Shown here piece after piece: positions 1 through 11,175 of a DNA stretch of 64,000 nt. The notes beneath the pieces were generated by a model that worked only from the letters and a program-made list of their open reading frames with translations, had not been told where the DNA came from and did no database searches. Every line of letters starts with the position of its first letter. Positions within the stretch are counted from its first letter, which is position 1. The position numbers and the translations under genes were made by a program. The stretch comes from Rhynchopus sp. YZ270_cl-10 (Eukaryota). The stretch lies in NCBI GenBank assembly GCA_964035575.1, contig OZ037833.1, positions 744,001-808,000 on the forward strand, in the 5' to 3' direction.

Positions 1-192
1 CCCAGGCTGGATCAACGCCGTCCCAAACTTGTAGTAATACGGAAACGGGGCGCCGCCCGCAATCTTCGAGTACGCAGGGTTCACGACAAAGGTGCAGCCG
101 CAGGAGGCAATCTGTTCGTCTGTGAGAACACTCGCTCCGGAGGTGGTCCCTGCCAAGGCAGCGACACAGGCAAGCAGCATGGGCACACGCAT
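1..192 (-). CDS. Secreted right-handed beta-helix protein, 5' part of a copy truncated by the window edge
   Basis: Identical to 4098-4289; ATG at 192 (MRVPMLLACVAALAG...). Confidence 0.85.
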   Translation of the reverse strand, partial: MRVPMLLACVAALAGTTSGASVLTDEQIASCGCTFVVNPAYSKIAGGAPFPYYYKFGTALIQPG

Positions 193-1057
193 AGTGAAAG
201 GTGTAACGAATAGAAGAGTATTCTGTGGAGTGGTGTAGTCTTTCTTCTCTTCCCCGCAACGGAGAGGTGCTGTCTGTGCCTCCCGACTCTTAGCCATAGC
301 CGACGCAGCGCTTCTGTGTCATGAGGAAGACAGGGGCAGGAAGCTCGAACATAACTAAAAGAGGGGGGAAAGGGGGTCTTGTCTTTTTTTTATTATTATT
401 TGCAGTGTGCCGACCATGACCATCACCATCACAACGCCACCCAAAGTCCAGGGCGCTTTTATCCAATAGAAAAAAGAAAAAAGAAAACAGAAAAAAAGAA
501 AGTGGAGTATGCGTTTTGTATCTGGACATTTAAAAAGGATCTGCTCCACCAATAAGACGGAGCAGCTCAACCACCGACTGGCAGTTTTCCAAATTTCAAA
601 ATGGGGCGACCAAGCTATGATTCTGGACATGTCGGGAAAATAGAGAAAACTTCAATAGATGAAATGTGCATTTCTTTCGTGCACACACATCCAAAGAATC
701 GTGGCTAAGGGGGGCGGGGGCGGGGGGGGAACACCACTGACTGGTGGCTGCGCACAAATGGGGTTGGGGAGAAGGGTTTTAGTAAGCACCGGCACAACTG
801 CCCAAAGTGAAGGGAGGTGTACGAACAATGCGGAATGCGGAATGGACCGAAGACCACTTTGTTTCATGCGCAAACACTTGAATGAGAACAGAAACGTGGG
901 GAGAGCGAAGTCTCGCCTGCACGTACGTCTTTACGTTGTTAGCATTAGTAAAAATGTTTTTTTGGTTCTCTGGGGAAAAGAGGAAAAAGGGGAAATATGG
1001 GGAAATAGGGAAAGACCACCGACTGGCGGTTCACTTATCAGGGTTCATCATGGATCA

Positions 1058-1996
1058 CTACTTGTTCAGGCTCATGAGCTCGTCGTTGTTTCTCTTGCTC
1101 TTGGACATGTAGAGGACACCGCACACAACAGCAGCAACCACGACAAGACCACCCACGGCGATGGCAGCAATGACACCCGCACTGAGGGAGCTGCTGCCGC
1201 TGTCCGATGTAGCGGGCCCGGACCAGGAGAAGGAGGAACCCGGCTGGCCGCTGATGACGAGGATCTTGCCCTTCTCGCACTGCGAGGCGAACGTGACTGT
1301 GCCTTGTGCTGCGGAGGCGGCTGTGTAGACTACGTTCGACGAGACGGCGTCCACTTCCCCTGCGGTGACCGTGAAGTGCACCGCCTCACTCGCACCGCAG
1401 TGCATCACACCCATGTAGAAGTCCATCAGCTTGCTCCCCACTGTGACAGAGCCGGTCGAGCCTGCGGACACCGGCTTGAGCGGCGCGGCAGCTTTGTCAA
1501 TTGCATCCTCCGACAACTCAAGGCTGACGCCGGCAGGGCCAGACTTTGGCACGTAGCGTGTGAAGACACGCATGCTGTACGAAAACACTGGGGACGGGTC
1601 CGTCCATACCGGCGCACTCACCTGGAAGTACATGTCCGCACCAGGCGCGTACTCGGAGCCAACTGCAACAATGAGGACAGTGTCGTTCGTCGGGTCCACC
1701 GTCATCGGCTGCCCCACCGTATCATCCGTGTACAGCGTCAGGTTGAACGCAGGGATCTTATCCACTCCAGCGGGTGCGGTCAGGTTCAGCACCACGTGCT
1801 GCAGGTACGTCGTCTGCGTGTCCGCAATGTCCCCCGACACCATCGACACCAGGTCGCCCACATCCAGCTGGATGCTCGGGTTCGAGGAGTTGATGTTAAA
1901 GCCAGTTGTCACCTCGGAGAGCACGTCTACCCCCGGGGGCAGTGGCGCTGTGCTGGCAGCAGACTGTGTTGCGAGTAGGGCCAAGAGAAACGCCAT
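1058..1996 (-). CDS. Type I single-pass membrane protein, 312 aa, unknown function (array copy 1)
   Basis: Signal-peptide-like start MAFLLALLATQSAAS; S/T/V-rich ectodomain with N-x-S/T sites; Ser-rich linker; TM helix (AGVIAAIAVGGLVVVAAVVCGVLYM); basic stop-transfer SKSKR and a short tail. ATG 1996 preferred because the upstream ORF extension is simple repeat and is not conserved in copy 5. Confidence 0.85.
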   Translation of the reverse strand: MAFLLALLATQSAASTAPLPPGVDVLSEVTTGFNINSSNPSIQLDVGDLVSMVSGDIADTQTTYLQHVVLNLTAPAGVDKIPAFNLTLYTDDTVGQPMTVDPTNDTVLIVAVGSEYAPGADMYFQVSAPVWTDPSPVFSYSMRVFTRYVPKSGPAGVSLELSEDAIDKAAAPLKPVSAGSTGSVTVGSKLMDFYMGVMHCGASEAVHFTVTAGEVDAVSSNVVYTAASAAQGTVTFASQCEKGKILVISGQPGSSFSWSGPATSDSGSSSLSAGVIAAIAVGGLVVVAAVVCGVLYMSKSKRNNDELMSLNK

Positions 1997-2059
1997 TTTC
2001 TTTTGAAGGGTGTGCGGTGCTTCTGTTTGTGTTTGTGTTTGTGTTTGTGCTGCAAATAC

Positions 2060-2100
2060 CTGTGGGTGTGGGTGTGGGTGTGGAAAGGGGGAAAGGGGAA
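2060..2100 (-). promoter_or_regulatory. Candidate trans-splice acceptor for the membrane-protein gene (present in each unit)
   Basis: Minus strand reads TCCCCTTTCCCCCTTTCCACACCCACACCCACACCCACAG, with the AG at 2061-2060, ~65 nt upstream of the ATG. Retained in the divergent terminal copy. Confidence 0.5.
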
Positions 2101-2981
2101 CTTTGCGCAAAGCGGTGTTCCTTTGGCTGCCTGCACACATGGTGGAGGGTAAAGAAACAGAGTAGCATCTGGAGTGGGTGAGTGCTGACAACCACGCTAC
2201 GCTGCCTTCTCGCACTAATGCGTACCAGCACAGAACGGACGAAGCCGCAAAACAGGCTGGTTAATAATAATGATTCGCTATGAAGCAACAGTGTGGAAGA
2301 GGCACAGACAAGAGAGTAGGTAGGGAGGTGGGGTGGGTGGGGTAGGGTGGGTGGTGTTCGTTTTTGTTTGTTCGTCGGCAAGAAGATGTCTTGTTACGGA
2401 AGAGACGACCATACCGGTATCCACGCCTTTGCATCCTTTGTTTTTCAAATCAATCCAGCATACACTGGACTGGGTCGGTTGTGCAAAAGATTGGAAACAC
2501 ATAATAAAAGGTGGACATGTGAAAGACATGCGGACACAGGCATCGATCGGAGACAAAAGGTAAAGTAGAGCGTGTGCACGTGAAACAGCACTACTGTCGC
2601 AGGTGACTGGTTCGCCACCGTTGACGAGTAACCATTTCAAAAAAGACCACACAAAGAAGGGTTGAGCGATGAGTGTAGGGTACCTTACTGGCGTGCACAC
2701 ACATCTTTGAAAGAAAAGACAAGAAGAAGTCTGTGAACAAAAGAAAGAAGTTGTTGTAAGTTATTGAAAAGAGAAAGTGCTGCTGCCCTCGCGGGCTTTT
2801 GTTGCAAGTATTTTTTTTTCCTCGCGGAAATGCATTTTTCCTCATGTTGTTGTTGACATGCAAACAGATATGCAAAACTCAAGTAAATGAGTTATGTGTG
2901 GACACCGCTCGCATACTAACACAGCACACACACACACGCACACATGCATACATACATACATACACACACAGTGCTCTGTGC

Positions 2982-4289
2982 TCACGCAAAGTACTCCACA
3001 TTCGCCTGTTCCACCATTCCCTGGGAAAACGTATGGGCGAAACCCAGGTCCACGTTGCTGAACTTGTTGTTCCAAACATGCACAGCAGGGCTGGTCGCAT
3101 CAAACACCCAGCCAGTCACGCCGAACCCCTTCACGTACTTGAGGTCGTTGTCCTCGAGGCGGAGTGGCGTCTTTGTGTCCCCTGTGCGGACGTAGATGGC
3201 GTGCTCCCCCACATGCGAGACTGTGTTGTGCGACACCACCTGTGCGTACGACGACTCTGGGGCAACAGGAAGTGCGTCAATCGGCCCTGTGGGGGTGCGG
3301 GCAGCGCTGTAGAGCGGTGTCTGGTGCATGATGATGCCGTTGCCGGGGCCGTCGTGCACAACGTTGTTTGCGACGTGCACACGCCCGTGGCCCACCTGGA
3401 TGCCGTTGTCGTGGTCTGTCACACCAGCGGAGTTCACGAGGGCCGGGCCCGGGTGGTAGCCAAAGTGCTCAACCACGTTGTTGTGCACACTGCCCGAAAT
3501 GACCCCCGCAAGCTGGATGCCGTCGGCACCTGTGTCGTAGAGGACGTTGTTGTAGATCTGCACGTTCTCAAGCAGGTGTGGGAAGAGCAGCTCGCCAGGG
3601 CAGGCGTAGTGCTCAATGCCGTTCACCGCGTAGTGGCCGATGTACATCCCCTCCCCGTCCACAATGTGCTCAATCAGGTTGTCGTGGATCAGCAGGTTGC
3701 GCATCACAAACTTCGTCCGCAGCATCTCCCCACTGCACGTCGGGTCCGTCTTCGTCTTGATGCCGTGCTCCATAGCGTGCTGGATGTGCAGGTGGTCCAC
3801 CTCCACATCGGAGCTCAACGCACGGATCGTCACTGCGCCGTTTGCAACAATGGCGTGCTTTGCAAATGTGACACCCCCACCCGTCACGCGGAAGTGCTGG
3901 GAGTCAAGCACGCTGATGGCTCCCCCTGTGTTGAGGGTCACAGTGCTGCCGTCAGCGTTCGTGCGTTCCTGTGTGTAAGCGCTGGCGAGCGAGACCACAC
4001 CGCCACAGGCACGCAACGTCACAACCTTCTCCTCAGTGCCCTTCACACCCTCGACCATGATGCTGCTGCGGGCACCAGGTTCAAAGCACAGCACATCCCC
4101 AGGCTGGATCAACGCCGTCCCAAACTTGTAGTAATACGGAAACGGGGCGCCGCCCGCAATCTTCGAGTACGCAGGGTTCACGACAAAGGTGCAGCCGCAG
4201 GAGGCAATCTGTTCGTCTGTGAGAACACTCGCTCCGGAGGTGGTCCCTGCCAAGGCAGCGACACAGGCAAGCAGCATGGGCACACGCAT
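2982..4289 (-). CDS. Secreted right-handed parallel beta-helix (pectin lyase-like fold) protein, 435 aa
   Basis: Signal peptide MRVPMLLACVAALAGTTSG; PbH1-type repeats (NLLIHDNLI, GEGMYIG, NVQIYNNVLYDTGADGIQL, SVHNNVV, HVANNVVHDGPGNGI, VSHNTV, VWNNKF); intronless; CCACAG acceptor-like site at 4321-4320. Confidence 0.88.
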   Translation of the reverse strand: MRVPMLLACVAALAGTTSGASVLTDEQIASCGCTFVVNPAYSKIAGGAPFPYYYKFGTALIQPGDVLCFEPGARSSIMVEGVKGTEEKVVTLRACGGVVSLASAYTQERTNADGSTVTLNTGGAISVLDSQHFRVTGGGVTFAKHAIVANGAVTIRALSSDVEVDHLHIQHAMEHGIKTKTDPTCSGEMLRTKFVMRNLLIHDNLIEHIVDGEGMYIGHYAVNGIEHYACPGELLFPHLLENVQIYNNVLYDTGADGIQLAGVISGSVHNNVVEHFGYHPGPALVNSAGVTDHDNGIQVGHGRVHVANNVVHDGPGNGIIMHQTPLYSAARTPTGPIDALPVAPESSYAQVVSHNTVSHVGEHAIYVRTGDTKTPLRLEDNDLKYVKGFGVTGWVFDATSPAVHVWNNKFSNVDLGFAHTFSQGMVEQANVEYFA

Positions 4290-5154
4290 AGTGAAAGGTG
4301 TAACGAATAGAAGAGTATTCTGTGGAGTGGTGTAGTCTTTCTTCTCTTCCCCGCAACGGAGAGGTGCTGTCTGTGCCTCCCGACTCTTAGCCATAGCCGA
4401 CGCAGCGCTTCTGTGTCATGAGGAAGACAGGGGCAGGAAGCTCGAACATAACTAAAAGAGGGGGGAAAGGGGGTCTTGTCTTTTTTTTATTATTATTTGC
4501 AGTGTGCCGACCATGACCATCACCATCACAACGCCACCCAAAGTCCAGGGCGCTTTTATCCAATAGAAAAAAGAAAAAAGAAAACAGAAAAAAAGAAAGT
4601 GGAGTATGCGTTTTGTATCTGGACATTTAAAAAGGATCTGCTCCACCAATAAGACGGAGCAGCTCAACCACCGACTGGCAGTTTTCCAAATTTCAAAATG
4701 GGGCGACCAAGCTATGATTCTGGACATGTCGGGAAAATAGAGAAAACTTCAATAGATGAAATGTGCATTTCTTTCGTGCACACACATCCAAAGAATCGTG
4801 GCTAAGGGGGGCGGGGGCGGGGGGGGAACACCACTGACTGGTGGCTGCGCACAAATGGGGTTGGGGAGAAGGGTTTTAGTAAGCACCGGCACAACTGCCC
4901 AAAGTGAAGGGAGGTGTACGAACAATGCGGAATGCGGAATGGACCGAAGACCACTTTGTTTCATGCGCAAACACTTGAATGAGAACAGAAACGTGGGGAG
5001 AGCGAAGTCTCGCCTGCACGTACGTCTTTACGTTGTTAGCATTAGTAAAAATGTTTTTTTGGTTCTCTGGGGAAAAGAGGAAAAAGGGGAAATATGGGGA
5101 AATAGGGAAAGACCACCGACTGGCGGTTCACTTATCAGGGTTCATCATGGATCA

Positions 5155-6093
5155 CTACTTGTTCAGGCTCATGAGCTCGTCGTTGTTTCTCTTGCTCTTG
5201 GACATGTAGAGGACACCGCACACAACAGCAGCAACCACGACAAGACCACCCACGGCGATGGCAGCAATGACACCCGCACTGAGGGAGCTGCTGCCGCTGT
5301 CCGATGTAGCGGGCCCGGACCAGGAGAAGGAGGAACCCGGCTGGCCGCTGATGACGAGGATCTTGCCCTTCTCGCACTGCGAGGCGAACGTGACTGTGCC
5401 TTGTGCTGCGGAGGCGGCTGTGTAGACTACGTTCGACGAGACGGCGTCCACTTCCCCTGCGGTGACCGTGAAGTGCACCGCCTCACTCGCACCGCAGTGC
5501 ATCACACCCATGTAGAAGTCCATCAGCTTGCTCCCCACTGTGACAGAGCCGGTCGAGCCTGCGGACACCGGCTTGAGCGGCGCGGCAGCTTTGTCAATTG
5601 CATCCTCCGACAACTCAAGGCTGACGCCGGCAGGGCCAGACTTTGGCACGTAGCGTGTGAAGACACGCATGCTGTACGAAAACACTGGGGACGGGTCCGT
5701 CCATACCGGCGCACTCACCTGGAAGTACATGTCCGCACCAGGCGCGTACTCGGAGCCAACTGCAACAATGAGGACAGTGTCGTTCGTCGGGTCCACCGTC
5801 ATCGGCTGCCCCACCGTATCATCCGTGTACAGCGTCAGGTTGAACGCAGGGATCTTATCCACTCCAGCGGGTGCGGTCAGGTTCAGCACCACGTGCTGCA
5901 GGTACGTCGTCTGCGTGTCCGCAATGTCCCCCGACACCATCGACACCAGGTCGCCCACATCCAGCTGGATGCTCGGGTTCGAGGAGTTGATGTTAAAGCC
6001 AGTTGTCACCTCGGAGAGCACGTCTACCCCCGGGGGCAGTGGCGCTGTGCTGGCAGCAGACTGTGTTGCGAGTAGGGCCAAGAGAAACGCCAT
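5155..6093 (-). CDS. Type I membrane protein (array copy 2)
   Basis: Translation identical to 1058-1996. Confidence 0.85.
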   Translation of the reverse strand: MAFLLALLATQSAASTAPLPPGVDVLSEVTTGFNINSSNPSIQLDVGDLVSMVSGDIADTQTTYLQHVVLNLTAPAGVDKIPAFNLTLYTDDTVGQPMTVDPTNDTVLIVAVGSEYAPGADMYFQVSAPVWTDPSPVFSYSMRVFTRYVPKSGPAGVSLELSEDAIDKAAAPLKPVSAGSTGSVTVGSKLMDFYMGVMHCGASEAVHFTVTAGEVDAVSSNVVYTAASAAQGTVTFASQCEKGKILVISGQPGSSFSWSGPATSDSGSSSLSAGVIAAIAVGGLVVVAAVVCGVLYMSKSKRNNDELMSLNK

Positions 6094-7078
6094 TTTCTTT
6101 TGAAGGGTGTGCGGTGCTTCTGTTTGTGTTTGTGTTTGTGTTTGTGCTGCAAATACCTGTGGGTGTGGGTGTGGGTGTGGAAAGGGGGAAAGGGGAACTT
6201 TGCGCAAAGCGGTGTTCCTTTGGCTGCCTGCACACATGGTGGAGGGTAAAGAAACAGAGTAGCATCTGGAGTGGGTGAGTGCTGACAACCACGCTACGCT
6301 GCCTTCTCGCACTAATGCGTACCAGCACAGAACGGACGAAGCCGCAAAACAGGCTGGTTAATAATAATGATTCGCTATGAAGCAACAGTGTGGAAGAGGC
6401 ACAGACAAGAGAGTAGGTAGGGAGGTGGGGTGGGTGGGGTAGGGTGGGTGGTGTTCGTTTTTGTTTGTTCGTCGGCAAGAAGATGTCTTGTTACGGAAGA
6501 GACGACCATACCGGTATCCACGCCTTTGCATCCTTTGTTTTTCAAATCAATCCAGCATACACTGGACTGGGTCGGTTGTGCAAAAGATTGGAAACACATA
6601 ATAAAAGGTGGACATGTGAAAGACATGCGGACACAGGCATCGATCGGAGACAAAAGGTAAAGTAGAGCGTGTGCACGTGAAACAGCACTACTGTCGCAGG
6701 TGACTGGTTCGCCACCGTTGACGAGTAACCATTTCAAAAAAGACCACACAAAGAAGGGTTGAGCGATGAGTGTAGGGTACCTTACTGGCGTGCACACACA
6801 TCTTTGAAAGAAAAGACAAGAAGAAGTCTGTGAACAAAAGAAAGAAGTTGTTGTAAGTTATTGAAAAGAGAAAGTGCTGCTGCCCTCGCGGGCTTTTGTT
6901 GCAAGTATTTTTTTTTCCTCGCGGAAATGCATTTTTCCTCATGTTGTTGTTGACATGCAAACAGATATGCAAAACTCAAGTAAATGAGTTATGTGTGGAC
7001 ACCGCTCGCATACTAACACAGCACACACACACACGCACACATGCATACATACATACATACACACACAGTGCTCTGTGC

Positions 7079-8386
7079 TCACGCAAAGTACTCCACATTC
7101 GCCTGTTCCACCATTCCCTGGGAAAACGTATGGGCGAAACCCAGGTCCACGTTGCTGAACTTGTTGTTCCAAACATGCACAGCAGGGCTGGTCGCATCAA
7201 ACACCCAGCCAGTCACGCCGAACCCCTTCACGTACTTGAGGTCGTTGTCCTCGAGGCGGAGTGGCGTCTTTGTGTCCCCTGTGCGGACGTAGATGGCGTG
7301 CTCCCCCACATGCGAGACTGTGTTGTGCGACACCACCTGTGCGTACGACGACTCTGGGGCAACAGGAAGTGCGTCAATCGGCCCTGTGGGGGTGCGGGCA
7401 GCGCTGTAGAGCGGTGTCTGGTGCATGATGATGCCGTTGCCGGGGCCGTCGTGCACAACGTTGTTTGCGACGTGCACACGCCCGTGGCCCACCTGGATGC
7501 CGTTGTCGTGGTCTGTCACACCAGCGGAGTTCACGAGGGCCGGGCCCGGGTGGTAGCCAAAGTGCTCAACCACGTTGTTGTGCACACTGCCCGAAATGAC
7601 CCCCGCAAGCTGGATGCCGTCGGCACCTGTGTCGTAGAGGACGTTGTTGTAGATCTGCACGTTCTCAAGCAGGTGTGGGAAGAGCAGCTCGCCAGGGCAG
7701 GCGTAGTGCTCAATGCCGTTCACCGCGTAGTGGCCGATGTACATCCCCTCCCCGTCCACAATGTGCTCAATCAGGTTGTCGTGGATCAGCAGGTTGCGCA
7801 TCACAAACTTCGTCCGCAGCATCTCCCCACTGCACGTCGGGTCCGTCTTCGTCTTGATGCCGTGCTCCATAGCGTGCTGGATGTGCAGGTGGTCCACCTC
7901 CACATCGGAGCTCAACGCACGGATCGTCACTGCGCCGTTTGCAACAATGGCGTGCTTTGCAAATGTGACACCCCCACCCGTCACGCGGAAGTGCTGGGAG
8001 TCAAGCACGCTGATGGCTCCCCCTGTGTTGAGGGTCACAGTGCTGCCGTCAGCGTTCGTGCGTTCCTGTGTGTAAGCGCTGGCGAGCGAGACCACACCGC
8101 CACAGGCACGCAACGTCACAACCTTCTCCTCAGTGCCCTTCACACCCTCGACCATGATGCTGCTGCGGGCACCAGGTTCAAAGCACAGCACATCCCCAGG
8201 CTGGATCAACGCCGTCCCAAACTTGTAGTAATACGGAAACGGGGCGCCGCCCGCAATCTTCGAGTACGCAGGGTTCACGACAAAGGTGCAGCCGCAGGAG
8301 GCAATCTGTTCGTCTGTGAGAACACTCGCTCCGGAGGTGGTCCCTGCCAAGGCAGCGACACAGGCAAGCAGCATGGGCACACGCAT
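7079..8386 (-). CDS. Secreted beta-helix protein (array copy)
   Basis: Translation identical to 2982-4289. Confidence 0.88.
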   Translation of the reverse strand: MRVPMLLACVAALAGTTSGASVLTDEQIASCGCTFVVNPAYSKIAGGAPFPYYYKFGTALIQPGDVLCFEPGARSSIMVEGVKGTEEKVVTLRACGGVVSLASAYTQERTNADGSTVTLNTGGAISVLDSQHFRVTGGGVTFAKHAIVANGAVTIRALSSDVEVDHLHIQHAMEHGIKTKTDPTCSGEMLRTKFVMRNLLIHDNLIEHIVDGEGMYIGHYAVNGIEHYACPGELLFPHLLENVQIYNNVLYDTGADGIQLAGVISGSVHNNVVEHFGYHPGPALVNSAGVTDHDNGIQVGHGRVHVANNVVHDGPGNGIIMHQTPLYSAARTPTGPIDALPVAPESSYAQVVSHNTVSHVGEHAIYVRTGDTKTPLRLEDNDLKYVKGFGVTGWVFDATSPAVHVWNNKFSNVDLGFAHTFSQGMVEQANVEYFA

Positions 8387-9251
8387 AGTGAAAGGTGTAA
8401 CGAATAGAAGAGTATTCTGTGGAGTGGTGTAGTCTTTCTTCTCTTCCCCGCAACGGAGAGGTGCTGTCTGTGCCTCCCGACTCTTAGCCATAGCCGACGC
8501 AGCGCTTCTGTGTCATGAGGAAGACAGGGGCAGGAAGCTCGAACATAACTAAAAGAGGGGGGAAAGGGGGTCTTGTCTTTTTTTTATTATTATTTGCAGT
8601 GTGCCGACCATGACCATCACCATCACAACGCCACCCAAAGTCCAGGGCGCTTTTATCCAATAGAAAAAAGAAAAAAGAAAACAGAAAAAAAGAAAGTGGA
8701 GTATGCGTTTTGTATCTGGACATTTAAAAAGGATCTGCTCCACCAATAAGACGGAGCAGCTCAACCACCGACTGGCAGTTTTCCAAATTTCAAAATGGGG
8801 CGACCAAGCTATGATTCTGGACATGTCGGGAAAATAGAGAAAACTTCAATAGATGAAATGTGCATTTCTTTCGTGCACACACATCCAAAGAATCGTGGCT
8901 AAGGGGGGCGGGGGCGGGGGGGGAACACCACTGACTGGTGGCTGCGCACAAATGGGGTTGGGGAGAAGGGTTTTAGTAAGCACCGGCACAACTGCCCAAA
9001 GTGAAGGGAGGTGTACGAACAATGCGGAATGCGGAATGGACCGAAGACCACTTTGTTTCATGCGCAAACACTTGAATGAGAACAGAAACGTGGGGAGAGC
9101 GAAGTCTCGCCTGCACGTACGTCTTTACGTTGTTAGCATTAGTAAAAATGTTTTTTTGGTTCTCTGGGGAAAAGAGGAAAAAGGGGAAATATGGGGAAAT
9201 AGGGAAAGACCACCGACTGGCGGTTCACTTATCAGGGTTCATCATGGATCA

Positions 9252-10190
9252 CTACTTGTTCAGGCTCATGAGCTCGTCGTTGTTTCTCTTGCTCTTGGAC
9301 ATGTAGAGGACACCGCACACAACAGCAGCAACCACGACAAGACCACCCACGGCGATGGCAGCAATGACACCCGCACTGAGGGAGCTGCTGCCGCTGTCCG
9401 ATGTAGCGGGCCCGGACCAGGAGAAGGAGGAACCCGGCTGGCCGCTGATGACGAGGATCTTGCCCTTCTCGCACTGCGAGGCGAACGTGACTGTGCCTTG
9501 TGCTGCGGAGGCGGCTGTGTAGACTACGTTCGACGAGACGGCGTCCACTTCCCCTGCGGTGACCGTGAAGTGCACCGCCTCACTCGCACCGCAGTGCATC
9601 ACACCCATGTAGAAGTCCATCAGCTTGCTCCCCACTGTGACAGAGCCGGTCGAGCCTGCGGACACCGGCTTGAGCGGCGCGGCAGCTTTGTCAATTGCAT
9701 CCTCCGACAACTCAAGGCTGACGCCGGCAGGGCCAGACTTTGGCACGTAGCGTGTGAAGACACGCATGCTGTACGAAAACACTGGGGACGGGTCCGTCCA
9801 TACCGGCGCACTCACCTGGAAGTACATGTCCGCACCAGGCGCGTACTCGGAGCCAACTGCAACAATGAGGACAGTGTCGTTCGTCGGGTCCACCGTCATC
9901 GGCTGCCCCACCGTATCATCCGTGTACAGCGTCAGGTTGAACGCAGGGATCTTATCCACTCCAGCGGGTGCGGTCAGGTTCAGCACCACGTGCTGCAGGT
10001 ACGTCGTCTGCGTGTCCGCAATGTCCCCCGACACCATCGACACCAGGTCGCCCACATCCAGCTGGATGCTCGGGTTCGAGGAGTTGATGTTAAAGCCAGT
10101 TGTCACCTCGGAGAGCACGTCTACCCCCGGGGGCAGTGGCGCTGTGCTGGCAGCAGACTGTGTTGCGAGTAGGGCCAAGAGAAACGCCAT
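9252..10190 (-). CDS. Type I membrane protein (array copy 3)
   Basis: Translation identical to 1058-1996. Confidence 0.85.
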   Translation of the reverse strand: MAFLLALLATQSAASTAPLPPGVDVLSEVTTGFNINSSNPSIQLDVGDLVSMVSGDIADTQTTYLQHVVLNLTAPAGVDKIPAFNLTLYTDDTVGQPMTVDPTNDTVLIVAVGSEYAPGADMYFQVSAPVWTDPSPVFSYSMRVFTRYVPKSGPAGVSLELSEDAIDKAAAPLKPVSAGSTGSVTVGSKLMDFYMGVMHCGASEAVHFTVTAGEVDAVSSNVVYTAASAAQGTVTFASQCEKGKILVISGQPGSSFSWSGPATSDSGSSSLSAGVIAAIAVGGLVVVAAVVCGVLYMSKSKRNNDELMSLNK

Positions 10191-11175
10191 TTTCTTTTGA
10201 AGGGTGTGCGGTGCTTCTGTTTGTGTTTGTGTTTGTGTTTGTGCTGCAAATACCTGTGGGTGTGGGTGTGGGTGTGGAAAGGGGGAAAGGGGAACTTTGC
10301 GCAAAGCGGTGTTCCTTTGGCTGCCTGCACACATGGTGGAGGGTAAAGAAACAGAGTAGCATCTGGAGTGGGTGAGTGCTGACAACCACGCTACGCTGCC
10401 TTCTCGCACTAATGCGTACCAGCACAGAACGGACGAAGCCGCAAAACAGGCTGGTTAATAATAATGATTCGCTATGAAGCAACAGTGTGGAAGAGGCACA
10501 GACAAGAGAGTAGGTAGGGAGGTGGGGTGGGTGGGGTAGGGTGGGTGGTGTTCGTTTTTGTTTGTTCGTCGGCAAGAAGATGTCTTGTTACGGAAGAGAC
10601 GACCATACCGGTATCCACGCCTTTGCATCCTTTGTTTTTCAAATCAATCCAGCATACACTGGACTGGGTCGGTTGTGCAAAAGATTGGAAACACATAATA
10701 AAAGGTGGACATGTGAAAGACATGCGGACACAGGCATCGATCGGAGACAAAAGGTAAAGTAGAGCGTGTGCACGTGAAACAGCACTACTGTCGCAGGTGA
10801 CTGGTTCGCCACCGTTGACGAGTAACCATTTCAAAAAAGACCACACAAAGAAGGGTTGAGCGATGAGTGTAGGGTACCTTACTGGCGTGCACACACATCT
10901 TTGAAAGAAAAGACAAGAAGAAGTCTGTGAACAAAAGAAAGAAGTTGTTGTAAGTTATTGAAAAGAGAAAGTGCTGCTGCCCTCGCGGGCTTTTGTTGCA
11001 AGTACTTTTTTTTCCTCGCGGAAATGCATTTTTCCTCATGTTGTTGTTGACATGCAAACAGATATGCAAAACTCAAGTAAATGAGTTATGTGTGGACACC
11101 GCTCGCATACTAACACAGCACACACACACACGCACACATGCATACATACATACATACACACACAGTGCTCTGTGC

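Noticed and set aside
1997..2215. N-terminal ORF extensions of the membrane protein (and 4290-4394 of the beta-helix protein)
   Set aside because: They lie upstream of clear signal peptides and cross candidate splice acceptors; the membrane-protein extension is not conserved in the terminal copy.
2317..2353. G-quadruplex-like GGG tracts (also 709-729 and 26645-26679)
   Set aside because: Adequately explained as the complement of C-rich intergenic or splice tracts; no independent support for function.
659..4310. Long plus-strand ORFs (439 aa and 503 aa) in every array unit
   Set aside because: Antisense shadows of the GC3-rich minus-strand genes; His/Arg/Val-rich, with no recognisable domain.
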